A DNA stretch of 64,000 bases from the NCBI GenBank assembly GCA_028023455.1, contig JAQFVV010000003.1:4216001-4280000 (forward strand), read 5' to 3'. Below the pieces are notes generated by a model. That model was given only the letters and a program-made list of their open reading frames with translations. It was not told the DNA's origin and made no database searches. Each line of letters starts with the position of its first letter. The stretch's first letter is position 1. The stretch comes from Epiperipatus broadwayi (Eukaryota; Animalia; Onychophora). The translations under genes and the position numbers were made by a program. Shown in pieces: positions 30,435 to 42,913 of this stretch.

Positions 30435-31529
30435 TATTGTACAAAAAAGTAGAAAACATGAAATGACGGAACAAGTTAAAGATTGCATTTTTTATTTTCA
30501 ATCAAAATAAAGAATAAGAATCAAATGATGATTAGGACCAGTGATTGGATTTAAATTGTTGATAAGTTTTTAATTATTTATATAAACTTCTATGCAGGTG
30601 GTACACTGATTCATTATTTATATTAATGCAGTAGTTTCTTTAAAATCTCTAATCTTTTTAAATATTCTTTGGTGATTGTTGCATTTGAATAGGATTTTGT
30701 TTTGGAAAATTCTATGTGATGGCCATGCTTAAAATATAGAAACAATTGCTGAAGATAGTTGATTTTTTTACTGTTTTAAATATGTTCATCTCTTCTAAAC
30801 TAGTGAGATGGTTATTCAGTCTTATATATGAGACCTGTTGCTCTTCAGGGAATCTCACATATTCCTTCAATCTCGAGCTATTATTACATCTTTATGAAAT
30901 GCCAATTTTGTCTCATTTTTTTAATTTAAGAAGTACATAATCTAATAAAAGTTTTTCTTTTTTGATGCTTTTTAATTTGGTACATTGTTCTTTTTACAAT
31001 AATGGTATTGTAACTATTTATTCATACAATGTCATGCATACATTAGATTTCTTTCTACAAAATAGTTTTATTTAAAAGAAAGAAGTCTATTGTAAAATGT
31101 GACCTAGCCACAGAAAAGATTTCAGCTAAATGGTAATGAGATTATGCCTTTAAATGTCTTACATAGAAAATCTTAAGATTTATGTAGAAAATATACACAT
31201 ATTGATAGATATTTAAAGACATCATCTTATTATCCATTTCAAATCTATTCCATAGCTCAATCATTCTTTTTTATATTATTATAAAAAATGCCTATTTCTT
31301 TTAAATAAAATTTTGGAGAAAGAACTCAAAGATATACATGATATTTTTAATGAATAGTTAATATACATTTAGTATAAATGTAACAAACCAAAACAGAAAC
31401 AAAAAAATTCTATTAGAATATGCATTCTTATATAAAACAAACCAAAAACAAAATTGGACATGCTACAACATTTCCCACTGAATAAAATATTAGTAATGTT
31501 ATGATCAAATTTGAAAATATAATTTCTCT

Positions 31530-31860
31530 TGGAACTCAAATAATTGAGGAGTGCCTTATGGAGTATGCCATGTTGTTTAAATAGAAATTAGTAATTGATG
31601 CTAGAAGAAATTAGTATGATAAAGCAGTAAAACACTCATTTCCATCAGCATTTGTTCTCCATGCCGTAGACACTGACCATCACATAGATTTCTCCAAAAT
31701 CAAAGCCCTATCCCAATGCAATAGTCATAAATGAATATTTAGAGAGATCATAAAGACTTCGAAGAGTCTGATTTGTATTTATAAACAATGAAAAAGCCAA
31801 ATTATCATTTACATGGCAATTACATTTAAATTGATCAATCATCATCATTTAAAATTTGAT
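31530..31860 (+). pseudogene. Decayed Penelope GIY-YIG endonuclease fragment
   Basis: Frame from 31621 reads KAVKHSFPSAFVLHAVDTDHHIDFSKIKALSQCNSHK*IFREII, matching the PLE pattern SA...H....H.IDF...K.L....R..RE.I. Confidence 0.65.
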
Positions 31861-34800
31861 TCTCACTTATATTTTGATTGAACAAAAAAAAAAAAAATGC
31901 AGGCTCTACAATTCTTAATTAATTTTTACAATTTTCTATATCTTTGTAGTGACTTTTTAGTATTTTTATTCAGTTTGAGGCAAATGTTAATTTGCCGTAA
32001 TGTCTAATTATATATTTTAATATTTTGCATGGTTGTTCCCGAAAGTTATCGTGAATTATAATACATCTTTTGTATATAAAAACCTTCACTTCAACTTATG
32101 TACATAGATATGAAATTAAAGAAATTCTTGGGATATACCATGTATCAGTCCTCCACATTGAGAAATGTTTATAATCAGCTGTCAAAGAATGTTGTTAAAA
32201 GTCTCCACAACAATTTTTTTCTGCAGAATTAGATTGCCAACATTTTGATAAAATCTTATTCATCCTTATCAAGGCTATGATGTCTTGGAAAAATATTGCG
32301 CCACAAGCTGTTTGAATTAATCATTTTATTACATATTTTTTTGAGATGGTTGTCCAATCACAGATGGAGAAAGATTAAGAAAAGTTTCTGTATTTTTTTT
32401 GAGATGATTAATTGATTTTTAAAAATATTGCTAAAGGCAGAAGAAATAAATAATGGATCTCCATAAGGCTGGAATACAATTTAGTTTCTTCACACACTTG
32501 GATAACATGAAAAAATAATGAAAAAGACTAATTCACACAGTTTCATTAATTACTTGAGTCAGAACAGTTCTTTAGAATGTAATAGTCTTGATAAGCATGA
32601 ATGAGATTTTATCAAAAGTTTATTTCTGAGGAGAGGAGACCTTTTAGGATTCTTTGATTGCTAAACAGAAGAATTTCTGGATGTAAAAAACTGATAACAC
32701 AATGTCCCAAAAATTTCATCTTTTAACTACGAAATTTATTGTATTTTATATTTTAAAACTGTTACAAAATAAAAACAATATCAGACTATATAATTTATAA
32801 ACATAAATACTGTGGAAATCACTGAGTTGTTTACAAATGAAAGTAAAATTTAACAGAAATAACAGATTTGATATATATTAGTAGATACAGTACATTAATG
32901 CTTAGTTGCTGATTTTATTTAAAATGGTCACTGAATGTACTAGATTGCAAAACACACTGATAAGGATTTTTTGTAGGCAAAAATATTTATAAGGAAATTT
33001 TTTTTAACCACATTTATATTTGGTCTGAAGATTAAATTTAAAAGAAGTTAATAAATATTTGAAACAACAGAATATAGATTTATATGCTGCAGACTTTGAG
33101 GGATTGGAAAAGCAATAGGACTTGTATTTTTATAGAGATTAAATCAAGATTTGTATTTTAATGCAAATTACTGATTTTTTTTATCTGTAGCATAGTTTGT
33201 TTAAGGTAGGCGGTAGAAATAGTAGTTGATGAACCTATTTTCAATACCTTTAAACTCTCATGACTATTTTTTGGCTATTGGTTTTCGTTTAGATTGAAGA
33301 AATGATTAGAATAATAAAAAAAAAATCTTTCAGTTTGCTTATATCATATGAAAGTTAATATTTTGAAAGTACTTCAATATTTGTCCAGAAGCTAATTCTT
33401 CTTGCTATGCTGAACAGTTGTGGGGAAATAACTTTGATACTATTTAGTATACAAATTTATTTCTGTTAATTAAGGATTTCTTTTAGTTGATCTATGACTC
33501 ATCTCATTGCTGGTAATCCATTTTTTGCATCATTCTAATTGTCTGATATTTTCAGAAATCATTGCTATTTTACTACAATCATATAGCACTTTTTTTAATA
33601 GAATCAGTGTTTCAATGCTCATCTGATCAATATTGGATAATTAATTCGTTTTGCTTAGAGTTGGTCACTTTTAAATAATTCTTAGCCTATTGGAAAATTT
33701 CGTTTTTGCAAAAAAAATAATCATGTTCTAATTGAGTTTGAATCTTATGTCATATTAATGTAGTCTGCTATAGCATTTTTTTTTTTTTTTGGCATAATTT
33801 TCCAATTTTCATACATATATTTAAGCAAAGTTTTGTAACAGTTCTCTTAGTCATGATTTCAAACGCGTGGAACAAGTTTGGAAACATCCATAAAATATTT
33901 TACTATGATAATTTGTCAGTACAAAATAGCAAAACAATTAATTTGTATAGTAAATTTAATCCTCTGATAACAAATTAGCTAAATTACCAGACTTGTAACT
34001 ATTTTTTGTTTCAAATTTTTTCCAATAGTAAATTCTGCTCATGTTATTTCAGAATCCAAAAATAAATAGTTGATAGAAATTCTTTCTTATATCATCTCTT
34101 TTGTAGAAATTTTTGTGCAGTTTTTAGTTCAAAATCTAGAGCTGATAAATTCATTATAGCAGATAGTAAACCCCTCAGAAAGCAGGGCTCTTTGCAAACT
34201 GATCCAAAAGTGTTTTCTAGTAAACATCATTTTTAAACCCACATATTGCAGTAGCAATATTAAATTCCACAGTTCATTCACAAGCTTATTGCAAGATCAC
34301 TTAGTTTTTTTTTTAACACTTAAGCTAACAACTTCTTTTAAATCATTTATGAAGATACGAAATAAAAGCAACCAGATGTTTTCTATATATGCAGTGGTTA
34401 TAAACGTGTAACATTAAATTTCACAAACATAGAGATTAATTATTTAAAAAAAATAATGGTCACATTTTGAATAATAATTCCCTCCCCAATAAGGAAAAAC
34501 CACATAAAAGGTCAACACACATCAAATGATCAGCTTTGTTAGCCTTATCTTCCACAATTCAAAATTGGCTTACTTACACTTCACATTATTTCAATTATAA
34601 ACCAGAGTATTAATTTTACAAGGTATGGTTGTAAGTTCTTAAAATTTTGTTTTTCAGTTAATGCTTTATTAATTTTTAATGTATTGAGATTTTTAGTTTT
34701 TAGTATTTTAATGATTGTTTTTAAAAGCTTGAAATTGGTTTTGCAAATGATATTTTAGTAACTTTTAAAGTACAAATCACAATTTTGAGATTGTTTTAAA

Positions 34801-35020
34801 GGAGTCTAGATTACAAGGGATAGGTTGATAGAAAGTAATGAGCTACCACTTATGATGTTCAAGTGCTTTTTTTGTTTACAGCATCTTTTGACAGTGGAGT
34901 TATAAAATCTGCATCTCAAATCATATTTTATTTTTTTCATTAATATTGTTTGGCAATTGGTTACATGCCAATATTAGTCTTTTTTATTATATATTCGTAT
35001 AATTTTGTTTTTTATTATAG

Positions 35021-35148
35021 AGTCTCCGAGTCCAAAGCATCAGGTGAATGGCTTGCTGCTGAGTTCCAGCACTTCCTCCAGCAGCAGCAGCTCCAGTCCA
35101 AACAGGCTCAGTCCAGATGCTGCCTGGGCCATGACAATGCAACAAAAG
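35021..35148 (+). CDS. FAM120A: Probable upstream coding exon of the same FAM120A-like gene (Ser-rich low-complexity region)
   Basis: GC-rich island with T-rich tract + TAG acceptor and AAG|GTAAAT donor; 128 nt, phase 1-0. Encodes (x)SPSPKHQVNGLLLSSSTSSSSSSSSPNRLSPDAAWAMTMQQK and joins in frame to 51002. SSTSSSS resembles the Ser run that precedes the PEV..RH.KGLM motif in vertebrate FAM120A (recalled). Confidence 0.7.
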
Positions 35149-35983
35149 GTAAATCTTTGCTTAAACCTTCATTGTTTTGACTATGTTTGGTCTTTACTTT
35201 TTTTGGTTTTTATTAATTATGAATGAACAACAGAATTGAACACCTTATTTATTTGATATACACGTTTTTGGTAATTAATTGGATTTAAGTATACTTAGAG
35301 TGAATCTAAAAGGTGCTTGCAGTGTATATAGATTTCTGAATTCACTTACTGTGATTATCCAATTAGTATGTAAATGATTGTCTTTATCTTAGCTTAGAGA
35401 ATAAATCATTTGAGAGAAACTGCTGAAATCTCAATGGATTAATCTGGTGTTTGATGTCTCTGAATTGGGCTTCGTCTGAAATTTGTCTAGTTTTATAGAT
35501 TTTTTATTTTCACTGTTATTGAATTGGTATAAAATTATAATAATGCTTCAGTCATCTGACATTATTGTTCATTTCTTGCACTCAATTAAAAGTGGCACCA
35601 TATTATCATTGTAATGAATAATTTTTGAAAATTAAACAATGATGTTTGTGCCTTTATATGGATGCACAAGCCTTCAAAAAATTACTTTGTACATCTTCTT
35701 TCAAATACAATGTCTGCTGATAAATATTAATATTGCAGCCTGCATAAAAAGAATTAGAGATAAATGTTATTGAAATTATTTTGTCAGCCATAATTACTTA
35801 GTTAGCAAGACTGAAAAGTATTTGTATTCTTTGAGTGGCACGCATACGTACACACATATAGTATGTATCCTAAGCATGGCTTTTGATAAACTTTATAATA
35901 TCACTTATCATTGTCCTGAAATGTAAATTGACTAAAATTATGAATAATGCAGGAAATAAATTGTGTTCATTGCTCATCATATA

Positions 35984-37140
35984 CACCTGGGTCTCTTTTT
36001 ACGCGGACTTATTTAACAAGATTTTGAAGTTACGCGATTCATGTTTCACCGGAAGTCGAACTCCGATAATGCGTTCTTACTTTAAATAATAAATTTGGTG
36101 CACTTTTATTGAAAGTAATGGCACATTATTGGAATTCGATTTTCATCTTAGTAATTTCAATATTTTCAGTGCTTTATAATAGTAAGATTTTATGCAATAA
36201 TGAAATTAAAATTATGATTTCCACATTTTATGTATACACATTAAATTTTACAAGATTATAATGTAAATTTGTTCAAACATTGTGCATGTTAATTTTGCAT
36301 TTTAAATCCCATTCTGTTTTTGCTTTTTAAAAAAGAATGTAATCAATTAATTATTAATCATTTAGTGTCCGCAAGTTTATTTTTAAAAGGTGAGTAATAG
36401 CAGTGAAACGAAATTTGATTTTTAAACGGAATTGAAAATTAAAGACAAAAATAAAAGTTTAGATACAGAAGAAAATGTAGAAAAAGATAAAGAAGCAGAA
36501 GTGGAACCTGTTCCTTTCACTGCAAAAATGATTCGAGGTCTTCAACTTTCTAATCAGCTGGCAAATTATTTTCTTATAAATGACACTAATCACGAACGTG
36601 CTCTTAAATTCCAACGAGAGCTAAATGGTTGTATGACTGGATATCGCATTCATAAACAATTAATAAAATCATCATCTCAAAGATTAATTACGTTGTCACC
36701 AGAAAACAACACAACATGAGAGTGAAGTTGGTGCTAGTTGTATTTCCTCTTGTGAAGAATCAAAAACCAGTTTGCAAATGAACTTGTTTACCGGTAAATA
36801 GTGATAATAATTAAAACGTGTATAAAAAAATGTATGCATAAAAATACATAATGTTTTGAATAAAATTAAATATTATAGTTAAAAAATAGTTTAAAAAGTT
36901 TGTCTTGTATCAATTTTTTTCAAATTTGAAATTTTTTATTAGTCATATTTTATTTTCTTATTTTTTTTTTGCGCGAATTTTAAAGTAATTTTACGTTGGT
37001 GCTTTGCTTTTATGCGAATTTTGAAAAATCACAGACCGCATCCCCCCTTTTTCAATGTAAGTTACGTCTATTTTTGCGCGATTTCGTTTGCGTGTGTTTT
37101 CTGAGGAACTTATTTTATCGCGTAAAACGAGACCCAGCTG
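35984..37140 (+). mobile_element. Tigger/pogo-derived element retaining transposase C-terminus
   Basis: TIRs and TA duplication. ORF 36432-36719 ends NDTNHERALKFQRELNGCMTGYR..KQLIKSSSQRLIT, resembling the Tigger C-terminal D.N.ER..K..R.L...M..Y....K....Q..IT motif. Confidence 0.93.
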
Positions 37141-39246
37141 TATGCCATCTCTAAAAAGTGAACTCCAGATATTCGTAGAATGTTGTAAATAAAGTATCAC
37201 CATAGTAAAAAGAAAGAGAAAATAATAAACTGTATTTTGTAGGGAATAATACTGTTTTATTAAGCTGCAATATATAGTCAGTGCATGTGTAACTTTGATG
37301 CTAGATATTAAAAATTAGTTCTGAAAACAATCATTTTCATTGAAAGGCCAGAGCATTAATTTGTCAATATACAGAATATTATTTTAATCTATTAATTGCT
37401 TGCATATAACATTGAAAAATGTCTGATGGATGAAGTAACCAAAAAAAAAAGGGAGTAAAGAATGGACGTAATGAGCTGATATTTCATGAATGTAAAAAGT
37501 TAGTTATGTACTATATAAAAGTATATGAAAATGATGTATTTATAAAAAATAATGCATTAAGATATTACTAAGTATTGAAATTTATCTTAATGAAGCATAT
37601 CAAATATTTTATAAGACAAATAAATGAGCAATATCATTGCAATCTTAAGTTTACACAAAATATACTATTTAAAGGGATAATCTGATTTCAATTCAAAATA
37701 TTAATTAATAAAGGTCTATTAAACTGTTATTTTAAGAAGTGCCATCAAACTATTATTAAGTGCAATATAAAATTTAAGCCAACTTGGATTTTGGAAAGCT
37801 AGATAGACTCCAATGTGCTGGAACTGCATTTAACAGATTAAAAAGTGCAATATTTCATTATATTGATATAATTATCATAATTAAATTAGTAATACATAGG
37901 GATGTAGTTTGTTCATTTTATTATATGAAGTCAGATATGAACCCTTATCAATATAACACGCACAGATAAAAATCTCATTAGCTTGAGTGCTTTGTAAGAT
38001 TGTATAAATATGACTGCAAGATTATAAAACCAAGTATGGTGTTATGGAATCTACTATTATAAAGACACATCTTTATTGGATTGAAAATATATGCAAATGA
38101 ATGGTAACAGGACTTCATAATAAGTTATAATGAATTTGAGCATAACTTTCATTGGAGAAGTAACCCATTTATATTATAAAGATTATCTCAAAAAGATGTT
38201 CTAAGAAAATGCAATACTGATTTCTTTCTTCGGGGAGATGTTGCTGAGGATAAAATACAACTGCTATTGGTTATTGTGAACTTAAGAAGTTTGATAAAAA
38301 AATGAAAAACATTTGTACATGTCAGCAAACTGGAAACAGTATCTGATATATGTGGATGTATTTGTAAGATAATCATTACAAAATTAATTTTACTCTTTGT
38401 CTCTATTTTTTTCTCCCAAAGTTAGAATTCCCATACTCATATGTGAGGGACTGTTACTTAGATGTATTGGGATTGGACATTATTGTGAACCAAAGTAAAT
38501 GTATCTTCTCTAGGAAGTTTTAATGAAGTTAAGCTATTCTGTAGATAATTGAAGTTTAACAAACTTTTGAAAAATATTTTTCATGAATGGAAAACAAATT
38601 GATTGTTAGAATGAAAATAAGTGGAAACAAAGTATGTGAACAAGAAAGCAAAACATTGGTACTGAAAAAATAGGAATAAAAGGCAGCATGACACTTTGGA
38701 GATTGAAACAGGGATAAAAAAGAAAAAAAAAACATTTGCTGTAAATATTTATCAAAGTAGATGCGAAATTAATCACTATAGTAAATTGGAAGGTTGAATT
38801 ATTGAAATGTGAATGAATAATTTGCAATTGAGAAAATAAAAAAAAGGAATTAGAAATATTTATTAGAATGAATGTTTTGGAGGAGCAATGAAGAATATGA
38901 GGGAAAGGATCTGTTAAAAGCTACAACAAGGATAAGGAGGGAGGATGAAACAAAAATTTATGCAGCAGTTTTTGATGATTATTTTTTTATTATAATGAAG
39001 GAAAAATTTTATTTTTATTTTTAGATGAAATACATTTTATTATTATAATGTTGGTTTCTAATCATTTTGTATGCTATAAAACTTACTTTTTTCTTTATAT
39101 ATTTTGTAAGATAATATCATGCTGTCTTTTTAATTAAAACAGGCAAAACTCATTATACGTATTGCCACACTTAGCAAGCTAGGGTAATCAATGGATGCCA
39201 GAAGGCTTGTGCATAAAATCCCTATCTAGTGCCTACTCATCCAATA

Positions 39247-39289
39247 TCCCCAGACTAGTTTCTGGATTATGTCCTTCATCAGTGAGGAG
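39247..39289 (-). ncRNA. Minimal type I hammerhead ribozyme (left arm of palindrome)
   Basis: Minus strand CUCCUCA-CUGAUGA-A-GGA-CAUAA-UCC-A-GAAAC-UA-GUC|UGGGGA; same architecture as the right-arm copy. Confidence 0.8.
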
Positions 39290-39625
39290 TCTTGGATCTG
39301 AGAGCACGGCATCTTGATCTTAGGATCTAATGCAACCCTCCAGCAGCCATCTTTTATCTCCATATAACTACAAAACTATAAGTCTTAAACTCTTAAACTG
39401 AAAACACCTTAATGTTTTTAGTCCAAGCCCATTAGCTTATATAGCCATATGAGTCTGAACAGTTCAGACCCATATGGCTATATAAGCTAATGGGCTTGGA
39501 TTGAAAACATTAAGGTGTTTTCAGTTTTAAGACTCATAGTTTTGTAGTTAAATGGAGATAAAAGGTGGCTGCTGGAGGGTTGCATTAGATCCTAAGATCT
39601 AGGCACAGTGCTCTCAGATCCAAGG

Positions 39626-39668
39626 CTCCTCACTGACGAAGGCCACAAGCCAGAAACTAGTCTGGGGA
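39626..39668 (+). ncRNA. Minimal type I hammerhead ribozyme (right arm of palindrome)
   Basis: CUCCUCA-CUGACGA-A-GGC-CACAA-GCC-A-GAAAC-UA-GUC|UGGGGA. Stem I 6 bp, intact core, palindromic ACUAGU stem III, GUC cleavage triplet at 39660-39662; A.A apposition at the base of stem II. Confidence 0.8.
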
Positions 39669-40479
39669 TATTGGATGAGTAGGCACTAGATGGGGATTTT
39701 ATGCACAAGCCTTCTGGCATCTATTGATTACCCTAGCTTGCTGTGTGTGGCAATACGTACAGTGAGTTTGGCCTGTTTTAACAACAATTATGCACAAGCA
39801 TAAGAAGTGGTGGTCAGGTAATATTTATTGGCTTAAAATCTTTTTAGATTACAATGTGGATATTAATGCATTTGATCACACATAAGCAAAACTATGTCTA
39901 CACATTATGCCTTTCCTACGTCTTTGAAATTAATTAAATAAGATTAATTATTATAAGCAAAAAAAAATAAAAAATAGTCACATATCACATGCCTCCACTT
40001 TTTTTTTAAGCTTGCAGGAAATAAAGAGCAATGCTAATTGCTCAATAAGCTTTGAGGTAAAAGCTTAGCAAGAGAAAGTATTTAAATTTATCTCTATTTG
40101 AAAACCACCACCCCCGCCATCACCTGACCAATGGTTTCATGCTTTTGACACTCCTCAGAGAAGCGCTAGGGTAGCTTTAGATACTAGATCTAAAAACACC
40201 AACCCAAAGCCAGCATTTAACTAAAAGTTGACTATTGAGTAGAAAATCTGAAGTTTTCAGATACCTAAATGTCTTCAAACCCAGCTATCTAACTCAAATA
40301 GCTATAAGGGGCTGAGAGAGCTTCAGCCAAACCATATATAAGTCTCAGCAATATAACGTTGCTTAAGACTAAAACCAAAGATTATAAGTAGTCAATAAAA
40401 AAAAATAAAAAATAGAGTCATATATCACATGACTCCACTTTTTTAAGCTTGCAGGAAATAAACAAAGAGCCATATATAT

Positions 40480-41399
40480 TGTAACGGGATGGGGTGGGTG
40501 ATAAGTGGAACTAAATTTGAACTGGGTGATGGAAATAATCATCATCACACCCAAGTCAACAATATTTCAATAATTTACAGAGTATAATAAGTCAGATATT
40601 TAATAATAAAATGAGATTAGAGAATCTCTGAGAACATTGAGAGATCAGCCAGCTAACTCAGAAGAGCAACTAAAAAAACAATTATTTATCAACCAGCATT
40701 ATAAAATTAAAGTATGGGTAAATACTCAAGAGAAATAACCATCTATCATCATTATTGATGGGAATAAACAAATCAGGACAATAAATCAACAGTCCATCTT
40801 GTGGCTGGATTTGAACAATAAAAAATATAAATCAACAGTCAACCTTGTGACTGGATTGGAAATGGGTCTTCTGTAGACCAGGCTAACTATTGAGCCTTTG
40901 CCAGCTTGGGCAATTATATAAACATAACTTGGATGCACCAGCTTAGTGCCCATCTGTTAAAATACACAATAATCAGAAATCAAAACAATAATAATGGGAC
41001 ATTAAAACATGCTGATCATCATCAATGCTTAGACCATTTGTAGTGGCCAACTATAAACGTAAATTTTTAATAAGAACATTAATTTTTAATAAGACTAAAG
41101 TAAAATAAAAGATAATAGTGCATGGGCTTTAAAGAGTATAATCTTATGCGCCAACCAGGATGATTATTGATCATCACTGGATGCCTAAAGCACTAAGTAC
41201 ACATCCCCATTTATCCGTGCACCAATCTAGCTCAGAGAACATCAGCTCTATTACTATATGTGATCAAGAGATAACGGAAATAATTTTTAACAATTAAATA
41301 CAAGTTTATTAATAACAGTAAAAAAAATGATTAAGGTCTTATAAGGGTTCTAATTTTGAAAAGTATACAATAATAAACGTTATTACATTGTAATTTACA
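40480..41399. mobile_element. Solo-LTR-like young repeat (boundaries uncertain)
   Basis: Starts TGTAACGGG after ATAT; candidate end TTTACA|ATAT; internal ~46-bp tandem repeat; higher GC than flanks. Confidence 0.3.
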
Positions 41400-42011
41400 A
41401 TATTACTACAAAATTCAAGTTATCACATTAATTGCATTATTTCTTAATGGGTATCTATAAACGCATTTATATATCCATATACAGATGTGCATTTTATAAT
41501 ACATGATGAAGACATTTCAATTAAACATAAAATAATTATTACATTTGTGATTTATATAATTACTATTCAAAATTTAAATTGTTACAATGATTTACATATA
41601 TGTGCGCACAGACGTGCGATTTATAATATATAATGAATATTCAATAAATGAATTGACATTTAATAAAAAAAAAATATTAAAATTTTACATATATGAGTGT
41701 GCATGTATATACGCACACTGACTTTTACCTATTTAAACTTGTTATAATAATAGTTATATTTTTCTAATTGATTCCGTTTGGAAAACATATATAAATTTCT
41801 CACATATACGTGTATAAACAAAATATATAATTTAAAATTTAATTTCAGTTTATAAGTTCTTTTTTTTTTTATCAAACTAAATACTGTCAACTTTTGTTTG
41901 CTAGGTACTTGTTCATTAATTATCAAGGTTCTTAATAAATGAAAAATAAAATCGTTTTATATATCTGTTATTTCAGACCAAAGAAATTATTTAAAATTGC
42001 ATTATTATATA

Positions 42012-42840
42012 TGTAACGGGCACATACGCCGTTACATTATTTTTTTTTTATTATTAAACATGAAAAAATAAAAGTTCGCAAATAAAAACTTCTTTTTTAA
42101 GAATTAAAAATTGAAAATTAATTCTATCTTAAACTCATATATATAAAATCGCACAGATGAAAAAAATTATTAAACAAAAACTTTATTAAAAAAAAAGTAT
42201 TTTAAAACTAAATTTTCAGTAAAGATTTAAAGATAAAAATATATCTTAAGTTTGTACAAAACAAATTAATTAATGTTATTGAAAAATGGAAATGATTATT
42301 TTAATTAGTCCAAGTGAACTAGCCCTTGGGCATTTAAATGTATAAGCAATGGTCAGATAGGAAAACAATAGAAACTAATAGCCAATGAAAGAAATCCATT
42401 GGGAAATCAGACCTCAACGGATCATCATCGATGACGTAATGACCATTGGATCCAAAAGTTACATATAAAAGAAAAAGTTTGGAAATAAATTTTTAGTGAG
42501 TGAAGAAAGTTTAAGGGAAGACGGAGATGTGTTAAGTCGGAGAGTTGGAGGTGAAGGGATTGAAAGACGCACTTTAAATTCCTTCAGTGGTTATTAAAAA
42601 AAAAAGAAAAGAAAATGAAACATCATTTTTCCTATATTGAGGACCACAGGACATCGGGGGAATTAAAGCTGGCATCCAAATGGCAAGCAACTGCAAGAAA
42701 TTAGAAACTACGGACTTGTTAAAACTGTAAGAACTTTATGAAATGTAACGAACTTTAATTAATTTGAATACACTAAGAACTCTAAAATATAAACTTTCCC
42801 AGTATTTAATTTATAGAAATAGAATCCTATCTGGCCAACT
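42012..42840 (+). mobile_element. LTR-like young repeat (boundaries uncertain)
   Basis: Starts TGTAACGG-9nt-CCGTTACA; CpG-rich; TATAAAAG followed by R/U5-like sequence. Confidence 0.3.
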
Positions 42841-42913
42841 TAATTTATTAATAAGTAATTTTATGTGATGTATTTTTTTTTTTTAAAATCATTTCCTTTT
42901 TTTTTTTTGTTCT

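Larger units (their letters stand above)
39134..39781. repeat. ~650-bp fold-back palindrome (arms ~325 bp, 1-nt spacer at 39461) carrying one hammerhead per arm; PLE pLTR-like non-coding element
   Basis: The reverse complement of 39462-39781 aligns end to end with 39134-39460, with scattered substitutions and one short duplication. Centre is TCTGAAC-A-GTTCAGA. TATATAAG motif in each arm. Confidence 0.95.

Noticed and set aside
1573-30940. Numerous 60-90 aa F/I/L/Y/K-rich ORFs in the ORF track
   Set aside because: Composition reflects AT-rich non-coding DNA or antisense frames of repeats; no motifs or splice support.
31732-31734. In-frame TGA in a PLE endonuclease as possible recoding
   Set aside because: The fragment is otherwise decayed; CGA>TGA at an Arg position is the simpler explanation.
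34163-34219. Possible 57-nt symmetric exon (DSKPLRKQGSLQTDPKVFS)
   Set aside because: Weak donor (CTA|GTAAAC), no pyrimidine tract, no homology recognised.
34950-35180. Second open frame through the 35021 exon encoding a polyQ peptide (FLQQQQLQ)
   Set aside because: It ends in phase 1 and cannot join the phase-0 exon at 51002, and it has no ATG inside the exon. CAG/AGC repeats are often open in several frames.
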